Shown: one piece after another, positions 24,553-36,223 of the stretch | How the letters are laid out: every line of letters begins with the position of its first letter | Numbering within the stretch: position 1 is the first letter of the stretch | From: Octopus bimaculoides | Lineage: Eukaryota | Reading direction: 5' to 3' | Assembly: GCF_001194135.2 (NCBI RefSeq) | Contig: NC_068987.1 | Location: 31,646,671-31,704,184 of the forward strand | Length of the DNA stretch: 57,514 nucleotides | Position numbers and translations under genes: made by a program | The notes under the pieces: generated by a model | Told to the model about the DNA's origin: nothing | The model's input: only the letters and a program-made list of their open reading frames with translations | Databases searched by the model: none

Positions 24553-24639
24553 TCTGCGAAGTCATGGTTAAAGCAGCACCAGTAAAAGATGGAGAGAACA
24601 CTACTTAGTTTGGTAGTATATCCTTTACTGTTCTAGACC

Positions 24640-24800
24640 AACTCTCGCAGCGGCCAACACTTGGTGAGGCTAGACTTTCTGATCGGCAATAGAAGAGATC
24701 AAGAAGGCCATCAACCCGTCCATACCGGAAAGATATCAAGTTTGAATTGAATTATAGCAGAGATTTCCAGGCCAACGATACCACGAACTCTAAATGGCAA
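24640..24800 (+). mobile_element. Possible RTE-type LINE fragment
   Basis: Frameshifted QRPTLGE..IEEIKKAIN..TGK..IAEI resembles the EI.KAI..L..GKAPG.DGI.AE pre-RT motif. Confidence 0.45.
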
Positions 24801-26123
24801 CATTATCAGGCAAATGATTGAAGAAGATACATTGTCAATCTTCTGTGAATATAATTTGGAGAAGAATGAATACCCAAGATACCTTATTTGAAACTAAGGT
24901 ATTCAGTTGTTCCCTAAAGCGCCATTCAAAGTGTTGCATGTAGTTTTTATTCACGTCTACTTAAACTTATCCAATACATTTCAAATAAAAAAATGTATTG
25001 AATTAAATTTTATAAAATCTGTTTCGTGAAAGAATTGGATGAAAATAAATACCTGGGTGTAAGAACTACTACCATGGACCACGACTACAAGAGGGATTGA
25101 ACTTTGGGCTATATATTATTAGTTGTTTATTATGAAGAGCTCTCGTAACGCTCGTTTAAATTACTGTCTTGTATCTATCTGCCGTTGATACTTAGTTAAA
25201 GTCAAATATCTAATAGGTGTTGTTTCGGCGACAAGTATAGAACGATGATAGGAAACGAACTATGAACCTCCAGTTGGACTTCCAATATCCTATCAACTAA
25301 GAAGTAAAAATATATATAATCGTTCTGCTTATGACTAGCGATCTCGATAGAAATAAGCCGAAAATACCCAAAGGTATAGCAAGTGCAAAGCTCTTCCCTT
25401 TAAAGCAAAACAGTTAATGCTAATTACACAGAGTATGTAATTAACTATATAACATATGCATCGTATATATAATTAAGGAACACTAACACTTTATTTCGAC
25501 ATCACCGATCAGGGATGAACAATGTGCCTAAAACGCGGCGAATTAATGCTTCAGTTAAAGTAATGTTCAGGTGTTATGTTCAGATAGGTGTAATTATGTT
25601 ATCGAGGTTAGCGGATTGCATTTGAAATACAGACGAATGAGTTCAATCTCATATTATCTGAGATTTCATTCGGTTTATCCCATTAGTAAAGTATTACCAT
25701 AGGTAGTATTGATATGGTGCTGGACTGCCGATCTCTCAATCAGCCTATATACATAAATACGACCTCTCGATTCGTATCTCTCCATCGGCCTATATACATA
25801 GCTAAGTTACTTATCTCACAAAAGACCTGGTCGAAATTAATTACATACACATTCCATGCTTTGATTACTCTCATAGACGTAAACTTCGAGCACTCCGAAA
25901 ATCTTGAAACCATAGGGCCAAAACAACGGACTCACTCCACACTAGTCTATTTTTGATTAATTAATTTCCCGAGATTGTCTCCTACTTTTTTTGACACGAG
26001 TTGATCACTAAGATAATGATTATTTCTTGGCTCACCACATAAGATATGTTAGCAACAACTTTATTATTTGATTTAAATGCAGCAGGCGTCCCTAAGTATT
26101 TTGTTATTATAACTTACTGTTCA

Positions 26124-26253
26124 GGGCGGTGGATTGGCAGAATCCTTAGAGGATCGGAGGAACTATTTTGCTTTATTTCTTCTGATTCATTACGTTCTGA
26201 ATTCAAACTCCGTCGGTGTCAACATTGTCTTTCATCATCCGAAGTTGACAATA
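26124..26253 (+). mobile_element. SINE family B, 5' part interrupted by mariner
   Basis: Head through GTTGACAATA, followed immediately by the mariner TIR. Confidence 0.75.
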
Positions 26254-26985
26254 TTAGGTTGTCTGGAAAGTTCTGAGCGTTTTTAAGCTAAATCTTTAAA
26301 CGCTTCATTGAATACACCTGAAGCATGGCAAAGTTAAAACTTTGGCGTTGCTTGAAGTCATAGTGCATATCTTCTTTGTTCCTGACTAAAAATAGATTTA
26401 TCTTTCATTCTGGTTACCCTTTATTGACTTTAGGTGAGTCAATTGTTCGAAGGTGGTTTGCAAAATTTAAAGCTGGAGAGTTTAGCTTAGAAGATGACAG
26501 TTGCAGTGGAAGACCTTCAAAATTGGATGAAGATGTTTTGAAGGCAAAAATCGAAGAAAACTCAAATACCACGGCTAGAAAACTTGCAGAGGAGATGAAA
26601 GTTTCTAAAAGTACGGCTCATGGACATCTAGTAAAAAAGGATACATTTCTCGCCATAATGTACGGGTTCCTCACAAACTCTCAGAAAATAATTGTTTGGA
26701 CCGGAATTCTGTTTACAATATGCTTTTGAAACGGAATGGAAGCATACTTTTTTTTAAACAAATTGTGACTGGAGATGAAAAATGGATTCTGTACGAGAAA
26801 GTTGTGCGAAAAAGACCCGGAAGTTTGAGTAAGGATTCCCCCAAACCATCTATCAAAGACGAATATCCATTCAAAAAAGCTATGCTTTGTATTTGGTGGG
26901 ATCATAAAGGCTTTATTTATTATGAGCTTCTCTCACAAAACCAGACCATTAATTCTGATGTGTACTGTCGTCAACTGACTCATTT
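26254..26985 (+). mobile_element. Mariner transposon 5' fragment
   Basis: TA|TTAGGTTG TIR; WFAKFKAGEFSLED..SGRP, IVTGDEKWILY, MLCIWWD..YYELL (ORFs 26376-26729 and 26696-27106, frameshifted); no YSPDL region or right TIR. Confidence 0.9.
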
Positions 26986-27133
26986 GTATTACATGAAAAT
27001 ATTTCGTTACTGCCCCTGCAACTTCCCCTCCTCAAGCTTTCATCTATACTGTAACATCTCTTATCCTTCACTCGCCCTAGGACGCTGGGTGTGTCTCGGG
27101 AAGTGATTGTAACAAACATGTATATTAAAAGTA

Positions 27134-27243
<110 letters not shown>

Positions 27244-27322
27244 TAGGTTCATCATGTCCATGCTTACTAATTGATCCAATTTGATTCTAGGATCGTAAAG
27301 AAAGAAGACAAAAAAATAATGC

Positions 27323-27900
27323 AATCCTTTAAAATTTGAAATTGCAGTAACTTGGAATATGAAAACTGTAAAGGTTGTGCCTATATTAATAGAGGCGAGA
27401 TTGCAAAATACTCTGGGCTTTTAATATACAGTGCGACCAAGTCAGAGGCGAGACGACCTGATATCGTGATCATCCATAAAGATGAAAAAGAAGCAAAGGT
27501 AATAGATATTGCAATACCAGGCGATTCGAATGTGAAATGTAAGGAAACAGAAAAGATTGAGAAATACCAGCCACTGCAGGACTAGATAGGTATGTTATGG
27601 GGCATGAGGAAAATAATGGTGATACCGGTGGTAAATGGAGCATTTGGAGCAGTTTCCAAGGGCTTTGAAAAACATATTAAAAATATTGGAGCTACTGACA
27701 GGTTCAAAGTGATCCAAAAGATGGCATTGTTGGGAACAGCTCGCATTCTAAGGAAAGTATTGTCTCTTTGAGTCACAGGAGAAGGCACTACTTGAAACCT
27801 TTAGTGATTTGTTATTGCCTGCTTTCAAGTAAAGAACAACTGGAAATTAAGAACTATCTGACAATCTTTCAGAATAACAAAAATTATTATAATAATAAAT
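27323..27900 (+). mobile_element. R4/Dong-type (RLE) LINE 3' fragments
   Basis: CKILWAFNIQCD..EARRPDIV..IDIAIPGD..EKIEKYQPL..IPVV..GAFG..LLGTARILRKVL*, (AAT)n tail; preceded by a second short PLKFEI..W.MKTV.VVPI piece. Confidence 0.85.
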
Positions 27901-28350
27901 TCTTTTATTGACCACAAGGGCTAATATAATAATAAAAATGATATTTTAAAAGGATTGACATAATTCTTCAAAGGTAAACAGACAAGACGAAGATCGCGTT
28001 GCGATTGCAAAGGGCATTTTATTGGTTGAATAATATTTCGACAGCCTGTGTTTGTCGAGTTCAAAATAAAAAGTGATAAAAATTCAAAATTATAGAAATT
28101 CAAATCTAAAGTATGAACGAGAGCAACCACAGTCCACACGTTGATGGAATGACATTATTAGTCTTTAAGTTTCAATTTTATACCTGGCGAAAAGAAAAAG
28201 ACAGAGAAAAAGAAAAAAAGGAAAGAAGAAAGAAAGGAAAAAGAAGAATATTCAATCAAACAGTTTTGTTTAAATTTGATGATATTCTCTTGTCATTTTA
28301 TTCATTCCTCCAGGGCATGATGTTAATCCGCAAACGCATTTATCCTCATG

Positions 28351-28620
28351 CTATTTGAGTATTGAAAGGAAAGCAAATTCAGAATATTTTCTGAGAATAT
28401 GCACTTTCAAATGTTTTTCAAAATTGCAGCCGTTTGGAACAAAATGTTCGGCAAGTTCTGTCGAACTACTGTTATTATACCTGACGTCGAATCTGTGCCC
28501 ATTAAACCTTTTGTTTAATTGTTCTGTTGTACAACCAACATATATCAAGTTGTGTTTCGTGCATTCTGTCGCGCACACCAAATGGAAACCTCTACATGTC
28601 CCACCTTCTACATAAATCAT
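28351..28620 (-). pseudogene. GIY-YIG endonuclease domain of the PLE
   Basis: CTKHNLIYVGCTTEQLNKRFNGHRFDV..ELAEHF. Confidence 0.85.
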
Positions 28621-28710
28621 AACATTTGTTATGATTCCTGATGGAATTCACTTGACTCATGTTGTTGCACAATGAACAGGGTTTACCTCTCTTGCGACTG
28701 TTTTTGAAGA

Positions 28711-29166
28711 TCAGCGTGCAGATACTCCAATGTTAGTTTTCTTGGAGTCAGAAATAGAAGTTAATAGTTCTCTTATATTTTTATTCCGTCTAAAGGCTAT
28801 AATAGGCGACTGAAGAGATATCTGTTTGAAACGAGGATATTTTCCCGCAATATAATGGTAACTTTCATGCAACACTTTTGAAATACCAGCGAAATTTCGG
28901 TGCCAGTTAATCACTAAAGGAATTCTGTCACACAATGTACTTTGTTTGCCAAAATTATGCGTGAATGTTTGATTTTCCTTGCTAATCTTAGCTATCTCTT
29001 TTACTATTTCCTTCAATCGTGATTCACTGTAACCGCGTTTGACATAATGGTGTACAAAAGTATTTGCATGTTTCCTGTAATCCCACATGTCAGTACAAAT
29101 CCGTTTTATCCTCAAAAACTGGGATTTCGGATTTGACCGAATTATATGATGTGGATGAAGAAACAT
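28711..29166 (-). pseudogene. PLE RT thumb/linker region
   Basis: HP..IIRS.PKSQFLRIKRIC..KRGY..IPLVINWH..PIIAFRRNKNIRELL. Confidence 0.85.
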
Positions 29167-29298
29167 CCATAATTACGAAAGAAACCGTTTTCGACATGGC
29201 TTCGGTGCTTAAAAAAGTTGTTGATTTTAGACACAAAATCAAGAGTCCCGAATATAGAACTTGATTTTTTTTCCAACAGGGAGAAGAAAGTCATCCAG

Positions 29299-29517
29299 TC
29301 ATTCCGAAATCTTGGCTGTACAACATTTATATCCGCTGCAAATTGGGCGCATTGGAGGAAATCTTTCGTACTTTTTGTGTAATTTAGAGAGACCATAAAA
29401 GACAGGTGTTCTTTCTGACCGTAAATTCCTGGATTCGGCCCTATTAATGTTTTCCTCCATTTCCAGAATTATTTTGTCAAGTTCCTCTCTGTAATTGAGG
29501 TTTGGATCGACAGGCAA
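29299..29517 (-). pseudogene. PLE RT N-terminal (fingers) region
   Basis: P.FYGL.KLHK..P.RPI.S motif. Confidence 0.8.
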
Positions 29518-30250
29518 GTCTTCATATGAAGTTTTGTCTCTGTTGGGAGATAAAATTTGTTCTGAATGTTCATGTGAGAAATTATAATACTTAGTCGTCT
29601 TTCTAGATGTAATCCATTTGTGGGTGGATAATAGAAAGTGAGTGACTTATGTGGTTTTTGTAGACATTTGAAAAACCTTTACTTTCGAGAAAGGAACAAA
29701 TTTATTGTTTTTGAGGCAAAGTCTTAAATGTGCTCGCATTTTTGACTGATCAAATAAAAACTTCTCTGGAGCCTTTCCAATGACCAATTCAAATGCATAC
29801 ATTAGGGCAAAAAGGCCACAATCATATGCGTCAATTTGGGGATAGTAATATGAACTTGTTGAACTGTAGGACCCATGCTTGTTTGTGGTGAGTACAGCAT
29901 TGTTATTTGTGCTATTAGTTCCTGTGGTACTGGTAAGTTCAAACTGTCATTAATATAAACATCTCCGAAAAAATTGGTCGACAAAACAAAATGATTATTC
30001 TTGGTGTGATGAACGAACAGTGTACGGTGTAGACTGTATGTTAGAAATTCCGTGTGACAAAAAAGGGGTTGGTTGTATTGGAATTTAAGGAAAATTTTCC
30101 ACTACGATTTTCAACCCGGCCTCAATAAGCATGTCACAACATTTTCTCGAAAGAAAAACGACTTCCCATATCTCAAAGCAAATGTTCTCAAACAAAATGT
30201 TCCCTTGCCCACTGGCTCAAAGGAATAGGAAATCAGCTTTTGCAGCTTCT

Positions 30251-30340
30251 TTTCCTTTTTTGTCACCAGGGTTGAAATTTCCTTTTTTGTCATCAGGGTT
30301 GAAATTTCTTTTTTTGTCAACAGGGTCGAAATTTCCTTGT
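30251..30340. repeat. 27-bp tandem repeat, about 3.3 units, inside the PLE
   Basis: TTTCCTTTTTTGTCA(C/T/A)CAGGGT(T/C)GAAA at 30251, 30278 and 30305. Confidence 0.9.
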
Positions 30341-30717
30341 TTTTTCAAAGTTCATCAAACAATTACACAAATAATTCAAACGATTTTTAGAAGAAGATAT
30401 CTGTTCAAGGACACACAAATCCTCCTTAATGTCTGCACCAAGCAATACTCATTTTGAACGATAGTGTCCAATAATAGCTTCCATTATGTTAATTGAATTG
30501 CTCTCACCAATCAATTAAAATTTTTGAAGCAACGAATCATCAGGTTGTGATGCACATATCGGTATATTTGATGTAAGACCGTCTGGTATAACTTTTTCTA
30601 GTTTGCATGTTTCCAGAAATGACAAATGTCTTGATTTTAGCACGAAAACGATTAAGTTTTTTAACTGATGGAAATGTCGACTTCTCATTTTCTGATTCAT
30701 ATTTGAATGGTACAGAG

Positions 30718-31613
30718 ATCCCAAGAATACAGCAGGGATGTGGCTGAAGTCTGTCGAGGCCAACTATAAAATGGGAAAATGACCAACTAAGCTGGCCGTT
30801 GAAGTTAAGAACATACTTCTTGAAAGTGTGTAATATGATATCTAAGGTGAGCGACCCAAGGGAGAAAGGAGTCTGCTAAACTAGTTCATGGGTAAGCTAG
30901 AGTGGGGTGTTAGTGGTATTTTATTATAGTGGGCTTAGAGCAGTGGGAAGTAAGGATAGGTCGTAATATAAATGAAGGATAAAGAAAGTATAAAGCAAAA
31001 GTAAGGGCGAAGAAAAATAAAGCATGCCAGCCAATTAGGCATAGGAACGGAGTATAGAAATTTTTAGCTAATAAGGCGGCGAGCAGACAGAAACGTTAGC
31101 ACGTCAGGCGAAATGATTAGCGGTATTCCGTCTGCCATTACGTTCTGAGTTCAAATCCCGCCGAGGTCGACTTTGCCTTTCATCCTTTCGGGGTCGATAA
31201 ATTAACTACCAGTTACGCACTGGGGTCGATGTAATCGACTTAATCCCTTTGTCTGTCCTTGTTTGTCTCCTCTGTGTTTAGCCCCTTGTGAGCAATAAAA
31301 AAATAAGAAATTTTTAGCTAATGCTAAATAACAACGGGAGCGAGACAGAGATACACAGAATTTAGGGGTATTCAGTGGATATTGGATGAAAGTTGGGGGA
31401 GGGTAAGAAAGCAATCTAATAATAAGATCTAACTTTAATGGAACTGAATAAAACTTCAACTCCTTTCTCACTCGGGTCGCTGATCTTAGATATCATATTA
31501 CATACTTTCAAGAACTATATTCTTAACCTCAACAACCAACTTAGCTGGTCATTCTCCCATTTCATAGTTGGCCTCGACAAACTTCAGTCACATCCCTGTT
31601 GTATTCTTGGGAT
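30718..31613. repeat. 155-bp inverted repeat (30718-30872 / 31459-31613)
   Basis: Ungapped manual alignment, 138/155 identical. Confidence 0.92.
31073..31305 (+). mobile_element. SINE family B variant with 17-bp TSD
   Basis: AGAAATTTTTAGCTAAT at 31056-31072 and 31306-31322; 3' tail differs from the other B copies. Confidence 0.93.
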
Positions 31614-32120
31614 ATTCTTTTGTTTGTAAAATTACTTCTCATCTGAAATTTACGATTTTTTGTAATGGAGCAATATCCTCGTTCTTCTATTAAAAAGTTA
31701 CGTAATAAACAGCTGTAATGAGCTGACAATTATTCATTCTATATTATCATTCATTTGATTATAATACACCAAGGAAATTTACGACTTGTCGGACACCCTA
31801 GAATATATCAACAACGTACTATTGAAAGTAACGCGTGATTTGGACCATCCCCTAGGCGATAAATATTCATAGGGTTGGTTTTCTCTGTGTACACAACCAA
31901 AATATCCTATTTGATACTCATCAGCCATAGGCCGGAACCAAAGATATTATCCAACCCTACCTGGTGCATGTCTTTTCAAGTATTCTATCTGAATCCTTAT
32001 TTTACTATATATATATATAATTATAATATAAAGGATAAAATTGTTAAAAATTTAATCAGTGGCCAGTATATAAAAAAAAAAGACCTATTAAGGTGAAATC
32101 AAAAATACAATTATAATTAA

Positions 32121-32512
32121 GGGCATAGAAAAAATATTTTTTCCTGTCTATATGCTGAAAAGAGACGCTAAAACGTCGAACTACATTAAATATCCTCACT
32201 ATTATTATTACACACGTGTCGAAACGATGGAACAAGCTAACAGAAATTCATAAAATTGAATTATCTCTCGATCGGACCAATTTCTGGATTAACCTAAAAG
32301 GTTTTTCCTTCTTCAGTAGAGAACACTAGGGAATGAAATGCTTATACATACCCACAGAGAAGCAGACGCAAAGTCATGAATACATATAAGTGCCCAAAAT
32401 ATACCCATAGCGAATTCCATAGCAATAATAATAGTGAGGATATTTTATGTGGTGCGACGATTTAGCGTCTCTTTTTCAACATATAGGCAGGAAAAGAAAT
32501 TTTTGTATGCTC
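32121..32512. mobile_element. MITE with about 90-bp TIRs and TTAA TSD (Kolobok-like)
   Basis: Arms 32114-32209 vs rc 32424-32519 about 88% identical; TTAA at 32117-32120 and 32513-32516; purine-purine termini. Confidence 0.75.
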
Positions 32513-32982
32513 TTAATTACACACACACACACACACACACACACAAATATGCTGACATGCATATTCACAGTTATATGCATGTATATGTGGTTGCTTGTGT
32601 GCGTGCGTGTGGTATGTGTCTGTATGTGTGTGTGAGTGTATATGTCTGAGTGTATATATATGTATGTGAATATGTATATATATATATTTTTTTTCTCGAG
32701 TAGTTTACTTTCCGGGTTCATTCACAGTGCATGGCACCGACCAAATCCTTGTGAAAGAAGCTCATTGCATATANNNNNNNNNNNNNNNNNNNNNNNNNNN
32801 NNNNNNNNNNNNNNNNNNNNNNNNNNNNNNNNNNNNNNNNNNNNNNNNNNNNNNNNNNNNNNNNNNNNNNNNNNNNNNNNNNNNNNNNNNNNNNNNNNAT
32901 ATATATCTATCTATCTGTCTAATATATCTAGAAGTATATATATATATGTGTGTGTGTGTGCGTGCGTGTGTGTACGTATATT

Positions 32983-33042
<60 letters not shown>

Positions 33043-34895
33043 TATGTATCTATGTATGTATGCATAACAGTTAGCGTTAACGAACAGGAGAAAAGTACTT
33101 CATGCCATGTTAGAGTAAAATAATATATTTGGACTGTAAACGAAAAGATTTACGGCGAAACACTAGAACAATGCTCCTTGACCTTTATTTTTGTAACGCC
33201 CACCTTTTGTGTAATTGTTATGCCTAGCGGCCACCTAAATGCCGGATGAGGTATCATGATTGAATTAACTCAGCACGGAAAATGATTTATAAACTTTACT
33301 AAAAAATTGGATTCTATATGCTTTTAATAGTGAAAGGATAAAAAAATTAATAAAGACAAAAGTTGTAAATTTACTTTATACATAGCAAGTTAATGACTTC
33401 TCTGCGCCTGATGAGATCTAGCTAAATTTTATTAGGTTCAATGTCAGTCAAAAGAATTCGTAAGTCTTCTCTTTGATTTTATAAAAATATACTTCATTGC
33501 TTAGTCAGTAATTGCAATACCGTTCGGAATCCTTTCTCTATTAAATATGAGGACGGAAAAGTAACGAACATTAATTTAATTTCTTGCCAAAGTTGAGAAT
33601 ACTTGCTTTGCTTTTTGGTTCAGAATGAATCTTAACCAAGCTGTTGAAAATATACTTGAGTTTCGAAATCAAGTCGATAATTCTTTCATATAAATTTGGT
33701 TGAGCAGAAGAGGCATAAGAAAAAAAATGGATTTATGACTCAATCAGGTATTATAAGATCAGTAAAATCTTTAAACCTTATCATTAGGTCTTCTTTCAGT
33801 GCCTGCAGATGAGAACAATTGCAATGTATATCTGTATCTAATATTAAATTGTTATCATTGTTTTCTATCATGTGAAGGCTTGGAAACTGTGAAAAACTTT
33901 CTCCTCGATAATCTCTCTTTGTTGAATGATAATTTGCTGATAAATGCATTTATAATTCCCTTTGCTTTAATTAAATTCATATTATTTCTTGGAACTTAAT
34001 GTTAACCGTATTTAATCTAGTGAAAATATCAGAAAGACATGCAATTTCACGTCTTTCGTTACTTAGTTTATTATATATGTCCTCATCATATGAATTAAGA
34101 AATTCTAAAACAATATCACAGAGATCATACAAATGCTTTAAACAATTTCCATTTGAGAACCATCACACCTAAATATGAGGCAACAGATACTTAAATTCTT
34201 CTTTTTCGTGACAAAGCTTCCGAAAGATATGGTCATTCAGTGAATGAATCTTGATTTTATTTACTGGTTTAATTACACCATACAATGCATTATGTAGTCA
34301 ACCACTAGGATGTTTTGCATCCAAGTGTTCTCGATGAATAACTCAATGAATTGCAAATAAATGTTGAACTGCTTCCTTTAAATGTGCTATAAATCCACGT
34401 TAACAGCATATCATAGTTGGTGCTCTATCTGTTGCACATACAATATTATTTGTGAGAGGGATATTCTTAGCACTAAAAAAACTATAGCAACCTTAAAAAT
34501 TGTAAAACCATTTGTGTCAAGTACAATTTTTTCAACAAAAAGAAGCTTTTCGATAATTTCCTGATTTGAATGTATATAACAGACATTATTAGCATTAGCA
34601 AAGGTAGATTATCAAAGATAAATTAACATTAGCATAGATAGATTGTCGCATAAAGATGACTCATCATGTTGTAAAGAAAATTCTTCGTTTTTTAAAGCAT
34701 CACATAGTTTACTTTTCACACCTTTTACCATGCCATTTATTTTTGCTGCATCTCTACTACTATTACTGAGAGGAATTGATGCTGTTTTAGGGCTTTCCTA
34801 TAAGTAGGCTATCTCCCTTGGCTAGGCGGCGCTCCATGTAGACAATTAAACTTCCGCAGACTATCCACGCTATTGTTATTGTTTTACGTCTTATC

Positions 34896-35174
34896 ATGGA
34901 TATAAAGCAGCCCGATGATTCAGCTATCAAAGTACTTACTGTGCCTGAGTTAAAGAAATATTTAAGATTATATGGACAGTATGTTACTGCAAGAAAGGCG
35001 GACTTGACTGAAAAGTTGAAAGGTATAAAAATTCTGTCGATGAAGAATGTCAACAAAGTAAATTCATCGGACGATAAGTCTGAAGTATCGGACGATACTT
35101 CAGACAGGAATAAGCAGAAGCTTATATCTCCTCTCGGTGAAGTATTGCCTGATCCCAATCTGCTTTCAGCATAG
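34896..35174 (+). CDS. SAP-motif ORF (transposon accessory protein N-terminus; probably truncated or pseudogenic)
   Basis: LTVPELKKYLRLYGQYVTARKADLTEKL fits the SAP pattern; later LPDP..L. Confidence 0.6.
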   Translation: MDIKQPDDSAIKVLTVPELKKYLRLYGQYVTARKADLTEKLKGIKILSMKNVNKVNSSDDKSEVSDDTSDRNKQKLISPLGEVLPDPNLLSA

Positions 35175-35932
35175 CTTTCAGCAACCATTCACTGATTTGG
35201 CCATGAGCATGATGAGGTGTAGAAGAGGTAGGGACAGTCACACTATAAAGTCNNNNNNNNNNNNNNNNNNNNNNNNNNNNNNNNNNNNNNNNNNNNNNNN
35301 NNNNNNNNNNNNNNNNNNNNNNNNNNNNNNNNNNNNNNNNNNNNNNNNNNNNNNNNNNNNNNNNNNNNNNNNNNNNNNNNNNNNNNNNNNNNNNNNNNNN
35401 NNNNNNNNNNNNNNNNNNNNNNNNNNNNNNNNNNNNNNNNNNNNNNNNNNNNNNNNNNNNNNNNNNNNNNNNNNNNNNNNNNNNNNNNNNNNNNNNNNNN
35501 NNNNNNNNNNNNNNNNNNNNNNNNNNNNNNNNNNNNNNNNNNNNNNNNNNNNNNNNNNNNNNNNNNNNNNNNNNNNNNNNNNNNNNNNNNNNNNNNNNNN
35601 NNNNNNNNNNNNNNNNNNNNNNNNNNNNNNNNNNNNNNNNNNNNNNNNNNNNNNNNNNNNNNNNAAGAAACATATCATAGCTAGGCTTACTCGAAATTCC
35701 CACATTCATTCAGAACGTTAACAACAATTTCAATGTATTTATTATTTGAATGCAAAATTCTTTATTAAAAATACCTGTACATCAACACAACAATTATTAG
35801 ATTAAACATTCGTGTTTAGCCCAACGTACACCATTCGAATTTGTTTCCCTCTTGAATTTTAACATGTTCTAATCTGTTAATGAGGAGATAAATCAAAGAG
35901 ACATTTCACTCATCTACTAACTGCGTATATGA

Positions 35933-36223
35933 TCATGGACTTACTGATATTTTAAATACTTTGTTTGGAAAAACGGATGGCAAGGGGTGATCTTTCGATA
36001 GTCCATTAAAATTGACGAAATGCTGGGAACACATTTGGCTATTTGCAATGTAAACAAAGTCTTTCCTCATAAGTCTCGATCTCTGAAGCCAAACACGACA
36101 AATAGTTACGTTTGTAGGATATCTATGTAGTGAAATAACTTTGCCGTCTAGACATATTAACCGGTCAGTACAGTATGTGAGTCGTCTGCGGAAGTTAAAG
36201 CAAGTCACTGAGCATGCGTACAT
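35933..36223 (-). CDS. THAP-domain ORF (transposase N-terminus; probably first exon or truncated)
   Basis: SLHRYP..VW..MCSQHF..P.P.VFP THAP signature; the ORF runs into a GTAAGT donor-like motif at about 35939-35944. Confidence 0.7.
   Translation of the reverse strand: MYACSVTCFNFRRRLTYCTDRLICLDGKVISLHRYPTNVTICRVWLQRSRLMRKDFVYIANSQMCSQHFVNFNGLSKDHPLPSVFPNKVFKISVSP

Larger units (their letters stand above)
28017..30900 (-). mobile_element. Penelope-like retroelement with deleted RT core
   Basis: N-terminal HLSFLETC..IPDGL, TPVFYGLSKLHK..PMRPICS, VIMDVSS fused to HPHHIIRS.PKSQFLRIKRIC, and GIY-YIG (LIYVGCT..LNKRFNGHR). Confidence 0.9.

Noticed and set aside
30275-30300. CTGATGA..GAAA on the minus strand within the 27-bp repeat
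   Set aside because: Stem II would be a single base pair and stem I cannot form; coincidental.
30251-30340. CRISPR-like repeats
   Set aside because: Units are contiguous with no spacers, and the context is eukaryotic with no cas genes.
31870-31959. Possible type III hammerhead (9-bp outer stem, CTGATGAG, GAAA) on the minus strand
   Set aside because: Stems I and II do not close on the core positions.
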